Assembly (NCBI GenBank): GCA_049513715.1
Contig: JBEKVV010000003.1
Location: 320,001 to 384,000 of the forward strand
Reading direction: 5' to 3'
Length of the DNA: 64,000 nt
DNA from: Candidatus Bathyarchaeia archaeon
GTDB taxonomy: Archaea; Thermoproteota; Bathyarchaeia; 40CM-2-53-6
Numbering within the stretch: position 1 is the stretch's first letter; the number at the start of each line of letters is the position of its first letter. The position numbers were made by a program, and so were the translations under genes. Of this stretch, positions 18,980-28,352 are shown one piece after another. The notes below the pieces were generated by a model, which had not been told where the DNA came from, ran no database searches, and saw only the letters and a program-made list of their open reading frames with translations.

Positions 18980-20032
18980 GTGACGTTGGACGCCAAAAGC
19001 AAGATCAAGAACTACGCTAGAAGCATAGGCATTGTAGCTGTTGGCGTCACTGGGCCGGAACGATTCGATATTGTACTCCCAATCTACAAGAAGAGGATTG
19101 ACCGAGGTTATTTGTCTGGGTTCGAAGAGAAAAATCTCGAACTACGACTGGACCCTCATCTGAGTATGCGCGAGGTCAAGTCGATCATTTCACTTGCAGT
19201 CCCATACAATGTTGACTACCGCCAAGAGAAGAAACCCAAGTACCACGGTCAAGTGGCCCGCGTGGGCTGGGGAAGAGATTATCATGTTGTTGTCACAGAC
19301 AAGATGACTAAACTCGTCCAATTCATACGGGACATCCATCCGGACGTGAAATACCGTATGATGGTTGACGGCGGTCCTCTCATGGACCGAGCTGTCGCTT
19401 GGCGGGCGGGGCTTGGGTGGATTGGAAAGAACAACACGTTGATTGTTCCGAGGATAGGGTCCTACGTGTTTCTTGGCGAGGTTCTGATTGACAAGTATTT
19501 GGAACCTGACTCTCCTCTAAGGATGAATTGCGGCGAATGCGAACAGTGTATGAAAGCCTGCCCCACGGGGGCTCTCGTGGAGCCGTTCACTCTCAACACG
19601 AAGGTGTGCTTGTCGTACATTACGCAGGCGGCGGAGCAAATCCCCGACTGGGCGGTTTCCAAGATGGAGGGACGAATCTATGGTTGCGACATTTGTCAGG
19701 ATGCCTGTCCGCACAACGTAGCGGCTCCGAAGATTGGTGACAAAGCATTTACTCCGTCGACAATTGAACCTTGTCCAGATTTGATAGATCTAGCGAGCAT
19801 GGACTTTGCTCGCTGGAGAGAGACCGTGGGACAGACCGCGGGGGAATGGATTGGGAGAAGCATCATACAACGTAATGCCATCGTTGGCCTCTCCAACTAC
19901 GCGGACCCCCAGATCCTACCGTTCTTGGAGAAGCTCCAGGATGACCCGAGAACGCTGATAAGGGACGTGGCACGATGGGCGTACGATCGGATTCACAGTA
20001 AGGTCAGTAGGCCTCGAACGAGCGCATGTTAG
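18980..20032 (+). CDS. queG: Epoxyqueuosine reductase (QueG)-family cobalamin/4Fe-4S protein
   Basis: GRDYH, VDGGPLMDR, AGLGWIGKN, CGECEQCMKACP, CLSY and GCDICQDACP motifs, followed by a HEAT-like C-terminus. Confidence 0.8.
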   Translation: MTLDAKSKIKNYARSIGIVAVGVTGPERFDIVLPIYKKRIDRGYLSGFEEKNLELRLDPHLSMREVKSIISLAVPYNVDYRQEKKPKYHGQVARVGWGRDYHVVVTDKMTKLVQFIRDIHPDVKYRMMVDGGPLMDRAVAWRAGLGWIGKNNTLIVPRIGSYVFLGEVLIDKYLEPDSPLRMNCGECEQCMKACPTGALVEPFTLNTKVCLSYITQAAEQIPDWAVSKMEGRIYGCDICQDACPHNVAAPKIGDKAFTPSTIEPCPDLIDLASMDFARWRETVGQTAGEWIGRSIIQRNAIVGLSNYADPQILPFLEKLQDDPRTLIRDVARWAYDRIHSKVSRPRTSAC

Positions 20033-20035
20033 GGC

Positions 20036-20545
20036 TCAGTTCAGTTGAATGACTGTTGAACAACCTCGTTCCCGGCCCTCAAAGAGCGTGACTTCAATTT
20101 CCTTGACGTTTTGGGAAAAGTCACGGTATTCTCGGATCTTGGCCTCAATCTCCTTCCCAATCCACACCACAAGCGCCTCAGCTGTGACTTCTTCGAGTGG
20201 GAGGAGCTTTACGTCGCCTAATGGAAGTAGGTACCGCTTCTGGTCCCCAGATACATATTCGATCGCGATGGAATCTTCCTTGTACACGTTATCACCTCCG
20301 GAGGCCATGAGGGTTTTGTTGTTCAATTCGGAGCAGACGCCCTTGATGATAGTCATGAGTTCTTCGAATGGGAAGACCATTGAGGCCTCCGACTTGCCTT
20401 TCCCTTTCAACGCGACGGCCAGCTCATATGTGTGGCCGTGAAGCCTGTCAAGGCCATGTGGAGCGTGGCTAATTCTGTGGCTAATGCAGAAGCTTCCCCC
20501 GAAGGTTCTTCCGTCAACGAAAACCGATAATTCCACTTCAGTCAA
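20036..20545 (-). CDS. 6-pyruvoyl-tetrahydropterin synthase/QueD-fold protein (lacks the QueD Cys)
   Basis: SHRI...DRLHGHTY, TAE and LFEG motifs of the T-fold PTPS family. Confidence 0.75.
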   Translation of the reverse strand: MTEVELSVFVDGRTFGGSFCISHRISHAPHGLDRLHGHTYELAVALKGKGKSEASMVFPFEELMTIIKGVCSELNNKTLMASGGDNVYKEDSIAIEYVSGDQKRYLLPLGDVKLLPLEEVTAEALVVWIGKEIEAKIREYRDFSQNVKEIEVTLFEGRERGCSTVIQLN

Positions 20546-20562
20546 GTAATAGCGCCTCTATT

Positions 20563-20603
20563 ATATGATATGTTATTTGTATGATATGATATGTTATTTG
20601 TAT
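20563..20603. repeat. 20-bp direct tandem repeat ATATGATATGTTATTTGTAT (period 21)
   Basis: Copies at 20563-20582 and 20584-20603; the second overlaps the ferredoxin stop codon. Confidence 0.85.
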
Positions 20604-21016
20604 TCTATGGCGTTGAACTGACAGTACTGAACGCACTTTGGTTCGCCGAAACATAGGTCACATTTGAATGCCTTCTTTGCCTCTTCGTCGAATTGCACCA
20701 TATTTATCGGGCATGCCTCTATGCACAGTCTACAGCCAGTGCATTTCTCAGGAATTATTACCACTGCATTTGTGCGGCTATCCCTCGTGATTGCCCCAAC
20801 TGGGCACGAGCGCATGCAAGGGGCATCATGGTTAGGCGGCTTGTCACACTGAATGCAGGCCATCGGTGTAAACACAACCTTTCTCAAGTCGCGTGAGATT
20901 CTGATGTGCGCCTTTTTCGGTGAATAGACGCCGTATTTCTCCATGGAACATGCGAGCATGCACATCTCGCAACCTGTGCATTGGTCGAAGTATCCAACTA
21001 ACGCTTGTCTTGCCAT
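20594..21016 (-). CDS. 4Fe-4S polyferredoxin (AOR electron-transfer subunit type)
   Basis: CTGCEMCMLAC, CIQC..CMRSCP, CTGCRLCIEACP and CDLC..CVQYC motifs. Confidence 0.9.
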   Translation of the reverse strand: MARQALVGYFDQCTGCEMCMLACSMEKYGVYSPKKAHIRISRDLRKVVFTPMACIQCDKPPNHDAPCMRSCPVGAITRDSRTNAVVIIPEKCTGCRLCIEACPINMVQFDEEAKKAFKCDLCFGEPKCVQYCQFNAIEYK

Positions 21017-21023
21017 GTCGTTC

Positions 21024-21794
21024 TCACCTGACTAATTCCTCGACATCTGCGTACCATTTTTTCTTCGTACCGACTTTGGCGCGCATTTTCCATTTCATCG
21101 TCTTCGGGACGCGGTCGATGTAGTCAAGGAGTCGTTCGGTCTTTGCTGCCACGTCAGCCCTGTCTTCCTCGGAGAGTACTTTCATCGTGGGGAGAGTGGT
21201 CTTGATTCGCCCCAAGTTGGTGGTGACAGTGTAGTAGAAGCCCCAATCGTCAGAAAGTGTCTGTGCAATGTGCTTCGCATTCACCGTGTCTTGATCGACC
21301 TCTCCCACTTCATGTTCTCGCAAAATCACAACGGTGTCCTTGATGTCTTTTTCATTCAATTGCACGATCTGCATCTTTTCCAAGATGAAGTCGGCTAATG
21401 TTATCGTGGGGTAGTCTTTCTCAAGCCGTCCTGCAAAAGGTATAGTGTGACACATTGGGAGTTTGTCTATGAATACGTCTATTCCTCTACCGTTGCTCTT
21501 GTTGTAGTACTTGTGGCGCCTGTCCCCAAAGTACGCCAAAATGTGTTCATCAGGCGCATAGCCCAACGAGACGAAGAATGGTTCCAGCTGTTCACAATGC
21601 TTGCGGTAAGTCATGACATCAATGTCAGTTAATTCTCGTTTCATTGCGTCATGAAGGTGCAAGTACTTCTCGCAGTGTAGTAGAACTACAAGAGCCCCCA
21701 TAATTCTCATTGTGATGTCTTTGTCGCGGGCCGCGGACACCATTCTGAGCGCTTCATCAGCAAATTCGTTCTTATCTTGACTAGACATTGACAT
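21024..21794 (-). CDS. Uncharacterised nucleotidyltransferase-fold protein
   Basis: RIMGAL...RELTDIDV...IDVF fits the hG[GS/A]-x-DhD...D pattern. Its start overlaps the AOR stop (TAATG). Confidence 0.6.
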   Translation of the reverse strand: MSMSSQDKNEFADEALRMVSAARDKDITMRIMGALVVLLHCEKYLHLHDAMKRELTDIDVMTYRKHCEQLEPFFVSLGYAPDEHILAYFGDRRHKYYNKSNGRGIDVFIDKLPMCHTIPFAGRLEKDYPTITLADFILEKMQIVQLNEKDIKDTVVILREHEVGEVDQDTVNAKHIAQTLSDDWGFYYTVTTNLGRIKTTLPTMKVLSEEDRADVAAKTERLLDYIDRVPKTMKWKMRAKVGTKKKWYADVEELVR

Positions 21795-23605
21795 TACGCC
21801 TCACTTCGATGACTGTTCTCAGTCCCACCTTTCAGCGAATTTGCAGCAGCGTTACCTTCCCCCGATTCCCAACCGATTTCTCTGTAGAAATCTTCTAGCA
21901 TCGGGCCCAATTCGACTACGTGGCCTTTTGATGCTCCTTCAGTCAACGGTGTCTCCAAGAGCCTTCGTGGCAGAGTGTCATCGCTTCGCTTAACGCCTAT
22001 CTGTTCATTGAACTTTCTTTCTATATTGGAAATGCGTTCTGCGATCTCCGAGAGTGTTGAGGGAGTGTAATCTCTGCCGGTCGAGAATCTCAGGAGTTTT
22101 GTCATTCGCTCTAGGTTCACGACGCCGCCATAGAATACGCAGACAATCGCAGAGTCGTAAAGCAACTGATTCTTGCGAGCCTGCTTGACGAGCGCGCCCT
22201 TCCCTTGTGGTGTGAACCGGTCCACTTTCCCAAAGAATAGTTCAGCATTGACAGGGTATCCGCCTGCGTGATGACAGCCTCCACGCTCAGACGTAGCCAT
22301 TGCGAGCCCTTCGCCCTTCGCCCCTCTTGGATCATATCCACCCAGCTCAAGGCCTTTGACGTGCATGGCGAATTGGTCCTCTCCAACAATTTGTGAAAGG
22401 TATCTGACGCCCTCGGCCATTGGGGCTCCGAAGGCTTCGCGGTGCGCGATCATCTTTATGATCTGAGGAATCTTCGCGTTCTCCCCGAACTTCAAGTCGA
22501 AGCCTTCCAGCTCGCCTTTCAGCAGACCCTTCTCTCGACATTCCATTAGGAATCCGATGACACTACCCGTAGTCATTGTGTCCATTCCCATGGCATCGCA
22601 CATGTAATCTGCGAGCGCGATTGAGCGTATGTCGCTGATTCCGCAATTGGATCCGAGCGCGTAGATGGTTTCGTACTCGGGCCCCTCATCCACCAAGATC
22701 TTCCCGCCGTAGATGACAGAGCTCACCTTTCCGCACGCGACTGGGCATGCGAAGCACGCAGAATCTCTTGATACGAGTTTCTCTCTTAGATGCTCTCCAC
22801 TGATGTCTGGAGCGCCTGAAAATATTCCTGACTGAAAGTTGCGTGTAGGGAGAATCCCAAATTGGTTGAGTGTTTCAACCAGTGACGGAGTCCCGTAGAG
22901 TCGGTAGTTAATCATCTCGGCATCGTGCTTCAAGTCTTCGAGGATCGCTCGGATGGTTTCATCAAATTGCCTTATGTCAGACATCTCTAAGCTGCCCGTT
23001 CCTCTGACAGCTATCGCTTTGAGCTTCTTTGAGCCAAATGCACATCCTCCACCGCAACGGCCCGCAGCCCGCCTTCCCAGCAATACGCTTGCATACTTCA
23101 CCAAGTTCTCCCCTGCAGGTCCAATGCAGGCAATTTCAAAATCACCAATATCTCGATGAATTGCTTCCTGCGTCTCAATGGTCTCCATCCCCCAGTAGGG
23201 CTGTGCATCAGCTACTGTGGCGGCGCCGTCATCGATGACCAGCATCTTCGGTGATTTTGCTCGGCCTTCCAATATCACAGCGTCGAACCCGGCGTATTTC
23301 AGTTCGGCGCCAAAGTGTCCTCCCGCTAAGCTGAACCCGTAGATTCCGGTGAGCGGGGATTTGAAGGTCACACCGACTCTCGAGGAACCAGGGGCCATTG
23401 TCCCTGTCAGAGGACCTGTGGTGAGGACGACTTTAGCAGATTCCGACAAAGGGTCCACTGCGGGTGAAATCTCTTCGATAAGGAGTCTTGCTCCGAGCCC
23501 CCTCCCACCCAAGTACTCAGCACAGGCAGATTCACTAATGATCTGCTGTTGAACCTTCTCACTAGTGAGGTTGACTCTGAGAAGGCGCCCCTTGATGGAA
23601 TTCAG
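21794..23605 (-). CDS. Aldehyde:ferredoxin oxidoreductase (canonical AOR motifs)
   Basis: YLGGRG, KSPLTG, LKYAGFD, CFACPVAC, GPEYET, YDPRG, RGGCH and DSAIVC motifs. The conserved GRLLRVNL N-terminus extends the ORF to a CTG at 23605 (track start 23512). Confidence 0.9.
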   Translation of the reverse strand: MNSIKGRLLRVNLTSEKVQQQIISESACAEYLGGRGLGARLLIEEISPAVDPLSESAKVVLTTGPLTGTMAPGSSRVGVTFKSPLTGIYGFSLAGGHFGAELKYAGFDAVILEGRAKSPKMLVIDDGAATVADAQPYWGMETIETQEAIHRDIGDFEIACIGPAGENLVKYASVLLGRRAAGRCGGGCAFGSKKLKAIAVRGTGSLEMSDIRQFDETIRAILEDLKHDAEMINYRLYGTPSLVETLNQFGILPTRNFQSGIFSGAPDISGEHLREKLVSRDSACFACPVACGKVSSVIYGGKILVDEGPEYETIYALGSNCGISDIRSIALADYMCDAMGMDTMTTGSVIGFLMECREKGLLKGELEGFDLKFGENAKIPQIIKMIAHREAFGAPMAEGVRYLSQIVGEDQFAMHVKGLELGGYDPRGAKGEGLAMATSERGGCHHAGGYPVNAELFFGKVDRFTPQGKGALVKQARKNQLLYDSAIVCVFYGGVVNLERMTKLLRFSTGRDYTPSTLSEIAERISNIERKFNEQIGVKRSDDTLPRRLLETPLTEGASKGHVVELGPMLEDFYREIGWESGEGNAAANSLKGGTENSHRSEA

Positions 23606-23655
23606 GGTGATTCACAGCCAAGCAAAGCATCGTTTTCAGTCAATTCTTCGCGTTG

Positions 23656-23680
23656 CAGTATAGTGTCTTTGTATATACTG
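23656..23680. promoter_or_regulatory. Palindrome CAGTATA-N11-TATACTG in a divergent promoter (candidate operator)
   Basis: Perfect 7-bp inverted arms between the divergent AOR and DUF1989 genes. Confidence 0.35.
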
Positions 23681-23715
23681 TAAATTAGAATGCTAACACT
23701 ATCCACGATGCAGTT

Positions 23716-24309
23716 TTGATTGCTAGACACCGGATTCGCCTAGAAGGAGTATTTGTGGAACGGTTCATAGCGAAACACGGAAAGGGCATTCTCGTGAATT
23801 GCAGGAAAGGCGATCACATATTCATCAAGACGGTTGGGGGAGGCCAAGTCTCAGACCTGACCTTCCTAGGTTTTGATCAGGCGATGACCAGAAACTTCAA
23901 CGGCTGGCGGCGCTACAGTGCCCCCAAACTCGTAACGAGTCTAGAGGAAGGAGACGTGCTCGTTGATGGAAACGTGAATCCAGTTCTGCGAATCGTCAAG
24001 AAGAAATCTTCAGTGGGGATGGATGTCATATTCCCTGGATGCTGGAGCGAAATCTATGACGACCACCGCCCTGGATGCAGGGATATTCTCTCGAAACTCT
24101 TTGGTGTTGAGCGAAAGCAACTTCCCGCGATGGCCACATTCTTCATGGAAGTCAGAGAGTTAGAGATTCTTCCTTGCCGGGCAGCGCCCGGAGATTACGG
24201 AGAACTCGAAGCTCTTCGCGACGTCGTAATCGGCGTGACTTCATGCCCAGACGACGAAAAATGCAACACCAAACCCGGCGAAATTGAAGTCACTGTTGAC
24301 CGCGCCTGA
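23716..24309 (+). CDS. Urea carboxylase-associated (DUF1989) family protein, copy A
   Basis: GGQVSDL, FPGC, GCRDIL and GDYGELEALRDVVIGVTSCP motifs. Confidence 0.75.
   Translation: MIARHRIRLEGVFVERFIAKHGKGILVNCRKGDHIFIKTVGGGQVSDLTFLGFDQAMTRNFNGWRRYSAPKLVTSLEEGDVLVDGNVNPVLRIVKKKSSVGMDVIFPGCWSEIYDDHRPGCRDILSKLFGVERKQLPAMATFFMEVRELEILPCRAAPGDYGELEALRDVVIGVTSCPDDEKCNTKPGEIEVTVDRA
23850..24029 (+). repeat. Left arm of a perfect 180-bp inverted repeat
   Basis: Read base by base, it is identical to the reverse complement of 28633-28812; the flanks diverge. Confidence 0.92.
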
Positions 24310-24323
24310 TTAGGTGAAGATCC

Positions 24324-25697
24324 GTGGTGGACCTGATCGTAACGAACGCCTTCGTTATGACCATGGACAATGAGCGAAGATGCTACAAGAACGCAGCTGT
24401 TGTTATCGAGGGCGGTATAATTGTAGCAGTAGGTGAGACCCAGAGGCTGATGAAGGAGTATGTGGCCAAAGATGTGATCGATGCGTCGAACATGGCTGTC
24501 CTTCCAGGATTCGTTAATTTGCATGGTCACCTCTCAGAGAAATTCATACCTGGATTGAGCGACGACTTAGACCTCTACTCGTGGCTCAGCAAGCTCGTCT
24601 ATCCAGTTCTGTTGAATAGTAAACCCGAGGAGTGTTACTGGATGGCCCTGCTTGGTTGCATTGAGATGATCAAGTCAGGCATTACGTGTTTCGTGGACAC
24701 TTTCGGCCAGCTTACGGAAAAGAGGGTGCTGAATAGGGTTGCGGAGGCCGCATCGAACTGCGGATTAAGGGCGTATCTTTCGAGGGAGGTCGAGGAGATA
24801 ACGGATAAGTCGGCTCAGGCGGCAATTGATGATACGCTGTTGACTGCGGAAGAACTTCGCTCGAAGAATGTCGACCGTGTTCAAGTCAGAATGGCTCCCG
24901 GTATCGCCATCACCACCTCGCGGGACCTCTTGGAGAAAATGAGGGACATCGCCCATGATGCAAAGTTAGGTATGAATATGCATTTTGCCGAGACGCGAGG
25001 CGAAATCTTGGAGTCGAAGAAGAGATTCGGAAACACTCCCATTCGGTACGCATATGAAATAGGATTGCTCGGGCCGGAGATGATTGCGGCCCACTGCGTC
25101 TGGGTAGATGCAGAAGAAATCAAGTTACTGAGGAAAACGGGAACGAACGTTGCCTACAATCCCTTGTCCAACATGAAGCTTGCCGACGGTGTCGCACCTA
25201 TCTGCAGAATGATTGATGAAGGCGTGAACGTGGGTTTGGGTACCGATGGTGCCGCCAGCAACGATAACCTTGACATGTTCACCTGCATGAAAGCTGGCTC
25301 ATACTTACAGAAGGTCCACAACTTCAACGCCTCATTGCTTCCGTCCCATATGATGATTGGGATGGTTACGCTAAACGGCGCGAAAGCTCTGGGTCTTGAG
25401 GGCCAGCTGGGTTCAATCGAGCCAGGGATGAAAGCTGACCTGATTTTGGTTGATTTGACCACTCCTAACATTGCTCCCGTCCATGATGTGGCGAGACAAT
25501 TGGTATGTTCAGGGAGCATCGAGAACGTAGACACAGTCATCGTGGACGGCAAGCTCTTGATGAAGCATCACCAAATTCTGTGCGTTGATGAGGCGGAAGC
25601 TGTTGCTCGAGCGTATGAACTCTCGCGGGAGTTAATCTCTAGAGCCAAGGTCAAGGAACGGCTCAACGGAGAACTGCCTGGAGTGCTCGATCAATAG
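24324..25697 (+). CDS. Amidohydrolase, deaminase type (MTA/SAH deaminase-chlorohydrolase family)
   Basis: NLHGHLSE, HFAE, AAHCV, NPLSNMKL and GTDGAASN motifs. Confidence 0.9.
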   Translation: MVDLIVTNAFVMTMDNERRCYKNAAVVIEGGIIVAVGETQRLMKEYVAKDVIDASNMAVLPGFVNLHGHLSEKFIPGLSDDLDLYSWLSKLVYPVLLNSKPEECYWMALLGCIEMIKSGITCFVDTFGQLTEKRVLNRVAEAASNCGLRAYLSREVEEITDKSAQAAIDDTLLTAEELRSKNVDRVQVRMAPGIAITTSRDLLEKMRDIAHDAKLGMNMHFAETRGEILESKKRFGNTPIRYAYEIGLLGPEMIAAHCVWVDAEEIKLLRKTGTNVAYNPLSNMKLADGVAPICRMIDEGVNVGLGTDGAASNDNLDMFTCMKAGSYLQKVHNFNASLLPSHMMIGMVTLNGAKALGLEGQLGSIEPGMKADLILVDLTTPNIAPVHDVARQLVCSGSIENVDTVIVDGKLLMKHHQILCVDEAEAVARAYELSRELISRAKVKERLNGELPGVLDQ

Positions 25698-25699
25698 AC

Positions 25700-27079
25700 A
25701 TGAGGGAAAAGTGCGCTCATTTGTCTAGTCTTATGATCGAAGGCGGAACCATTGTCACTATGGACCGGGACCGCCGGGTCATAGAAGATGGCGCGGTGGT
25801 CATACGGGATGGATATATTGTCGAATGTGGCCGACGCGATTCAGTTCTCATGAAATACAAAACGGATAGTGTCCTAGATGCGCGAGGCAAGGCCATCATT
25901 CCGGGGTTCATAAACGCGCACACCCACAACTCTGAGAAACTCTTGGCAGGCCTGTACGATGACCTGGACCTCTATTCGTGGCTTCAAAAAGTCATCAACC
26001 CTATGATGATCAACCAGACCAGAGAAGACTGCTATTTTGCCTCATTGCTCGCGCAACTGGAAATGATAAAGTCCGGGATAACCTGCTTCTCAGACCACTT
26101 TGACACCACGATTGAGAGCATATTCGGTACTTTGCTGAGCGCCGTTGAAAAATCCGGGATGCGCGCCATCCTTTCGCGAGAAATATTCACGAGGGACATA
26201 ATGCCTGATGAGCTAAAGGTATCCGTAGACGATGACATTGACGAGAAGATGATTGCAGACACGATGCGATGCGTCAAGGAGAGAAAACTCGCAAATGGCA
26301 GAGCGACGATGAGATTGGGGCTAGGTGGCGTATCTTACGCTTCTCAGTCTTTGATTTCCAGAATCCGAGCTCTGGCGACAGATTCGAAAACCGGCATACA
26401 TGTGCATGTAGCAGAAAGCACTGACGAGCTGAGGTTCTTCAAGCGTCGGGAGAAGACTACTCCCGTCAAATATGCTTACAAAGTTGGACTGTTGGGTCCG
26501 GACGTGCTAGCGGCCCATTGCGTGTGGGTGGACGATGAGGACGTACGGTTACTCAAAGAGACAAAGACGAAGGTCGCTTACAACCCTGTCTCCAACATGA
26601 AATTGGCAGATGGCGTGGCACCGATTCCGAAAATGTTGGAAGAGGGTGTCACGGTGGGGCTGGGGACAGATGGCGCAGCGAGCAACGACAATTTGGACAT
26701 GTTCGCTTGTATGAGAATGGGCTCTTACTTGCAGAAAGTAGCCGCGCTAGATCCCACCCGCCTTCCCTCTAAGAAGATGCTGGAGATGGCCACGATTGAC
26801 GGAGCAAAGGCGCTTCAGATGGAACACATCGTTGGATCAGTAGAAGCGGGAAAAAAGGCTGACCTCACGCTGATAGACCTTAGGGCCCCCAACATGGTAC
26901 CGGTCCACGACGTCGTTAAGCAGATTGTGTGCTCAGGGTCACCTTCCAACGTTGACACGGTAATAATAGATGGAGAGATTGTTTTGCAGGACAGACGGTT
27001 CACGCGACTGGACGAGACCGCGATAGTTGCAGAGGCTCAGCGAAGAGCAACAGAGCTAGTCGATCGTATGAAACAGTAG
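25700..27079 (+). CDS. Amidohydrolase, deaminase type
   Basis: NAHTHNSE, HVHVAE, AAHCV and GTDGAASN motifs. Confidence 0.9.
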   Translation: MREKCAHLSSLMIEGGTIVTMDRDRRVIEDGAVVIRDGYIVECGRRDSVLMKYKTDSVLDARGKAIIPGFINAHTHNSEKLLAGLYDDLDLYSWLQKVINPMMINQTREDCYFASLLAQLEMIKSGITCFSDHFDTTIESIFGTLLSAVEKSGMRAILSREIFTRDIMPDELKVSVDDDIDEKMIADTMRCVKERKLANGRATMRLGLGGVSYASQSLISRIRALATDSKTGIHVHVAESTDELRFFKRREKTTPVKYAYKVGLLGPDVLAAHCVWVDDEDVRLLKETKTKVAYNPVSNMKLADGVAPIPKMLEEGVTVGLGTDGAASNDNLDMFACMRMGSYLQKVAALDPTRLPSKKMLEMATIDGAKALQMEHIVGSVEAGKKADLTLIDLRAPNMVPVHDVVKQIVCSGSPSNVDTVIIDGEIVLQDRRFTRLDETAIVAEAQRRATELVDRMKQ

Positions 27080-27145
27080 TACAAGACAGATATTCGATTC
27101 AAGAAGAGTGGGAAAAAGAAAGGGGCGGGAGAGGTACAGGTGGTT

Positions 27146-28210
27146 TTAAGCTGGCGGAATTTCTTTGAACGCCATCTCGACAGGAATTCCTTTTCTCTTC
27201 CTGTATAGCGAAGCGATGAAGTAGAGTGCTAGACCTATGATGGCTGCGGCGACGTATATCATGACCGAGTCTTGCCACGGGCCGAGTCCCAGGCTCGGGT
27301 AGCTAAGGTAGAGGTAGGCGTTGAATCCGCACACAATCACTGCAACAATGCCGGCCAATGAAGGCAAAGGTCCCACCTTGAGATCTCTTATTGGAGATGC
27401 TTGGTAGACGTCTTTCTTCCTCCAGGGGAAGAAAATTGCTGTGATTGCTGTCAAGGCGACGTTTCCAACCCAGATGTACATGCTGCTCGCGGCGAGTACT
27501 GGGAATACATATGATGGCTGGAATGTAAGGCCTGCAAGAGTTAACCAGTAGAGCACACAACTGAACACTGTGGCGTAGACGGGTGTGTGGTATTTCTGGC
27601 TCACTCTACCCAAAACTGATGGGGCGAGTCTATCGAAGGACCAAGAGAAGATGTACCTTGAGGAGAGCATCATCGCAGGTATCATAACGACCACCGGCCA
27701 GAACATGAAGGTCACAGCAACGATGAACTGAATCACAGGATTTCCGTAGAGGATGGCCATCAGGAAGTTCGTGTATGGCGGTATAGGTAGTGGGTATTGG
27801 ACTGGTCCCATTGGCGGTGGGTTGCTGTAGATGAAGAATATGGAGGCCAGGAAATTGTATCCGACGACGTTGAAAAGCACGAAGAGTCCCAATGCTATCA
27901 ACAGACCGTTGAAGATTGTGGGACCGATCATGATTCCCAGCTGTCTCTTTGCACTGTCTGCTTTCTTGACTTCACCTGCCATGAAAGATGAGAAGAATCC
28001 CCAACATGTTGAGGATGTCCCTATTGCAATCATGCCCGTTGTCATTGCAGGATCGTAGGCCTTGGGTAGGGATAGATTCGCTTGATTCATGAACCATTGG
28101 TATGAATTCGATGAACTCGTGTACTGATTCATGAGCGTGTTGAAGTGCGTAATGAAAGCCTCTCGACTGGAAAATGCGAGCCCTGCAACACCAATCACCA
28201 GTCCGAAGAC
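27146..28210 (-). pseudogene. 5'-truncated APC-family permease
   Basis: Close paralogue of 30452-32086 but it begins at the GLAFSS segment, so about 190 N-terminal residues (including FVRKASG and PRSGGDY) are missing. It also has small in-frame indels. Confidence 0.75.
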
Positions 28211-28352
28211 GCGACGCAGCGGAACAATCTAAGATGATCCCACGGTAGGCACTACAAGTCATGAACAAGTAACGAACATACATACTGCCTCAAAGGCCAG
28301 AATTTTGAGATATCGCAAGAATTTTGCAGAACTTTGCAATCTGCCGTGAAAC

